A stretch of DNA of 63,760 bases, counting the filler, from Octopus bimaculoides (lineage: Eukaryota): the NCBI RefSeq assembly GCF_001194135.2. It is 5 parts of 5 records of this genome, joined end to end, with 100 filler letters (N's around TTAATTAATTAA, not from the genome) between each part and the next. Parts side by side here need not be neighbours in the genome. Positions count along the whole stretch, not along the records: positions 60,356 to 63,760 come from NW_026315910.1; 4 more parts are not named here. One strand, written 5' to 3'. The notes below the pieces were generated by a model that was given only the letters and a program-made list of their open reading frames with translations, did no database searches and was not told the origin of the DNA. Both the position numbers and the translations under genes were made by a program. How positions within the stretch are numbered: position 1 is the first letter of the stretch; every line of letters begins with the position of its first letter. Shown in pieces: positions 63,025 to 63,760 of the stretch.

Positions 63025-63181
63025 GGGCTTCTTTCAGTTTCCGTCTACCAAATTCATTCACAAGGCTTTGGTCAGCCCGAGTCTATAGTAGAAGACACTT
63101 GCCCAAGGTGCCACGCAGTGGGACTGAACCTGGAACCATGTGGTTGGGAAGCAAGCTTCTTACCACACAGCCACTCCTGTA
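63025..63181 (-). mobile_element. tRNA-type SINE (family 2)
   Basis: Reverse strand reads ggagtggctgtgtggtaagaag...ggttccaggttcagtcc A/B-box head. Confidence 0.88.
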
Positions 63182-63182
63182 C

Positions 63183-63228
<46 letters not shown>

Positions 63229-63587
63229 GCACACACACAGGGACGTTTATGTGTTCTCTCTTCCCTGCATCTCTGAAATACTGCAGTTTAGTTGCCCCTT
63301 TGGGGACCATGAAAACAGTCAGGAAACTGTGTTTAAATCTGAAGTGGGGAAGGGTTTATGTTACATTGGAGAAATAGGGGATAAGAGGGAGAGAGAGAGA
63401 TAGACAGGGCTGTGTGTGTGAGTTTATATATATATATACACACACATGCAGGCATGTGTGTATATATATATGTATGTATGTGTAGGTGAGTATAGATTTG
63501 TGTGTTGTTTGACATCTTTCAGCTATTTCTAACTCCTGATTTTTACCTAACATAAGAATAAAGCAATATATATATATATATATATAT

Positions 63588-63760
63588 ACTCTTTACTCTC
63601 TTTTACTCTTTTACTTGTTTCAGTTATTTGACTGCGGCCATGCTGGAGCACCGCCTTCAGTCGAGTAAATCGACCCTGGGACTTATTCTTTGTAAGCCTA
63701 GTACTTATTCTATCGGTCTCTTTTGCCGAACCGCTAGGTTACGGGGACGTAAACAGACCA
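63588..63760 (+). mobile_element. SINE-like repeat (family 3), truncated by the window end
   Basis: Reverse complement of 27225-27432. Confidence 0.85.

Overview
AT-rich, microsatellite- and transposon-dense animal DNA. The SINE/LINE/Mariner complement looks like a coleoid cephalopod (Octopus-like); this is inferred, not searched. The window is not one contiguous sequence: four identical 100-bp artificial linkers (N44-TTAATTAATTAA-N44) split it into five joined segments, A 1-13258, B 13359-35272, C 35373-53613, D 53714-60255 and E 60356-63760. Segment A carries six phase-0 exons (45 bp plus 5 x 54 bp) of a minus-strand Gly-X-Y collagen with two Gly-position defects. Segment B holds an intact, intronless 395-aa coiled-coil ORF with a possible divergent spliced transcript head-to-head with it. 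The rest is decayed Mariner, hAT, Gypsy, RTE, R4/Dong and Penelope elements plus many tRNA-type SINEs. The most unusual structures are: (1) a young LTR element with no recognisable gag/pol, whose leader has a reiterated tRNA-Trp primer-binding-site module; (2) several long fold-back inverted repeats; (3) a Penelope-type hammerhead-like motif; (4) a 33-bp element with piggyBac-type ends.
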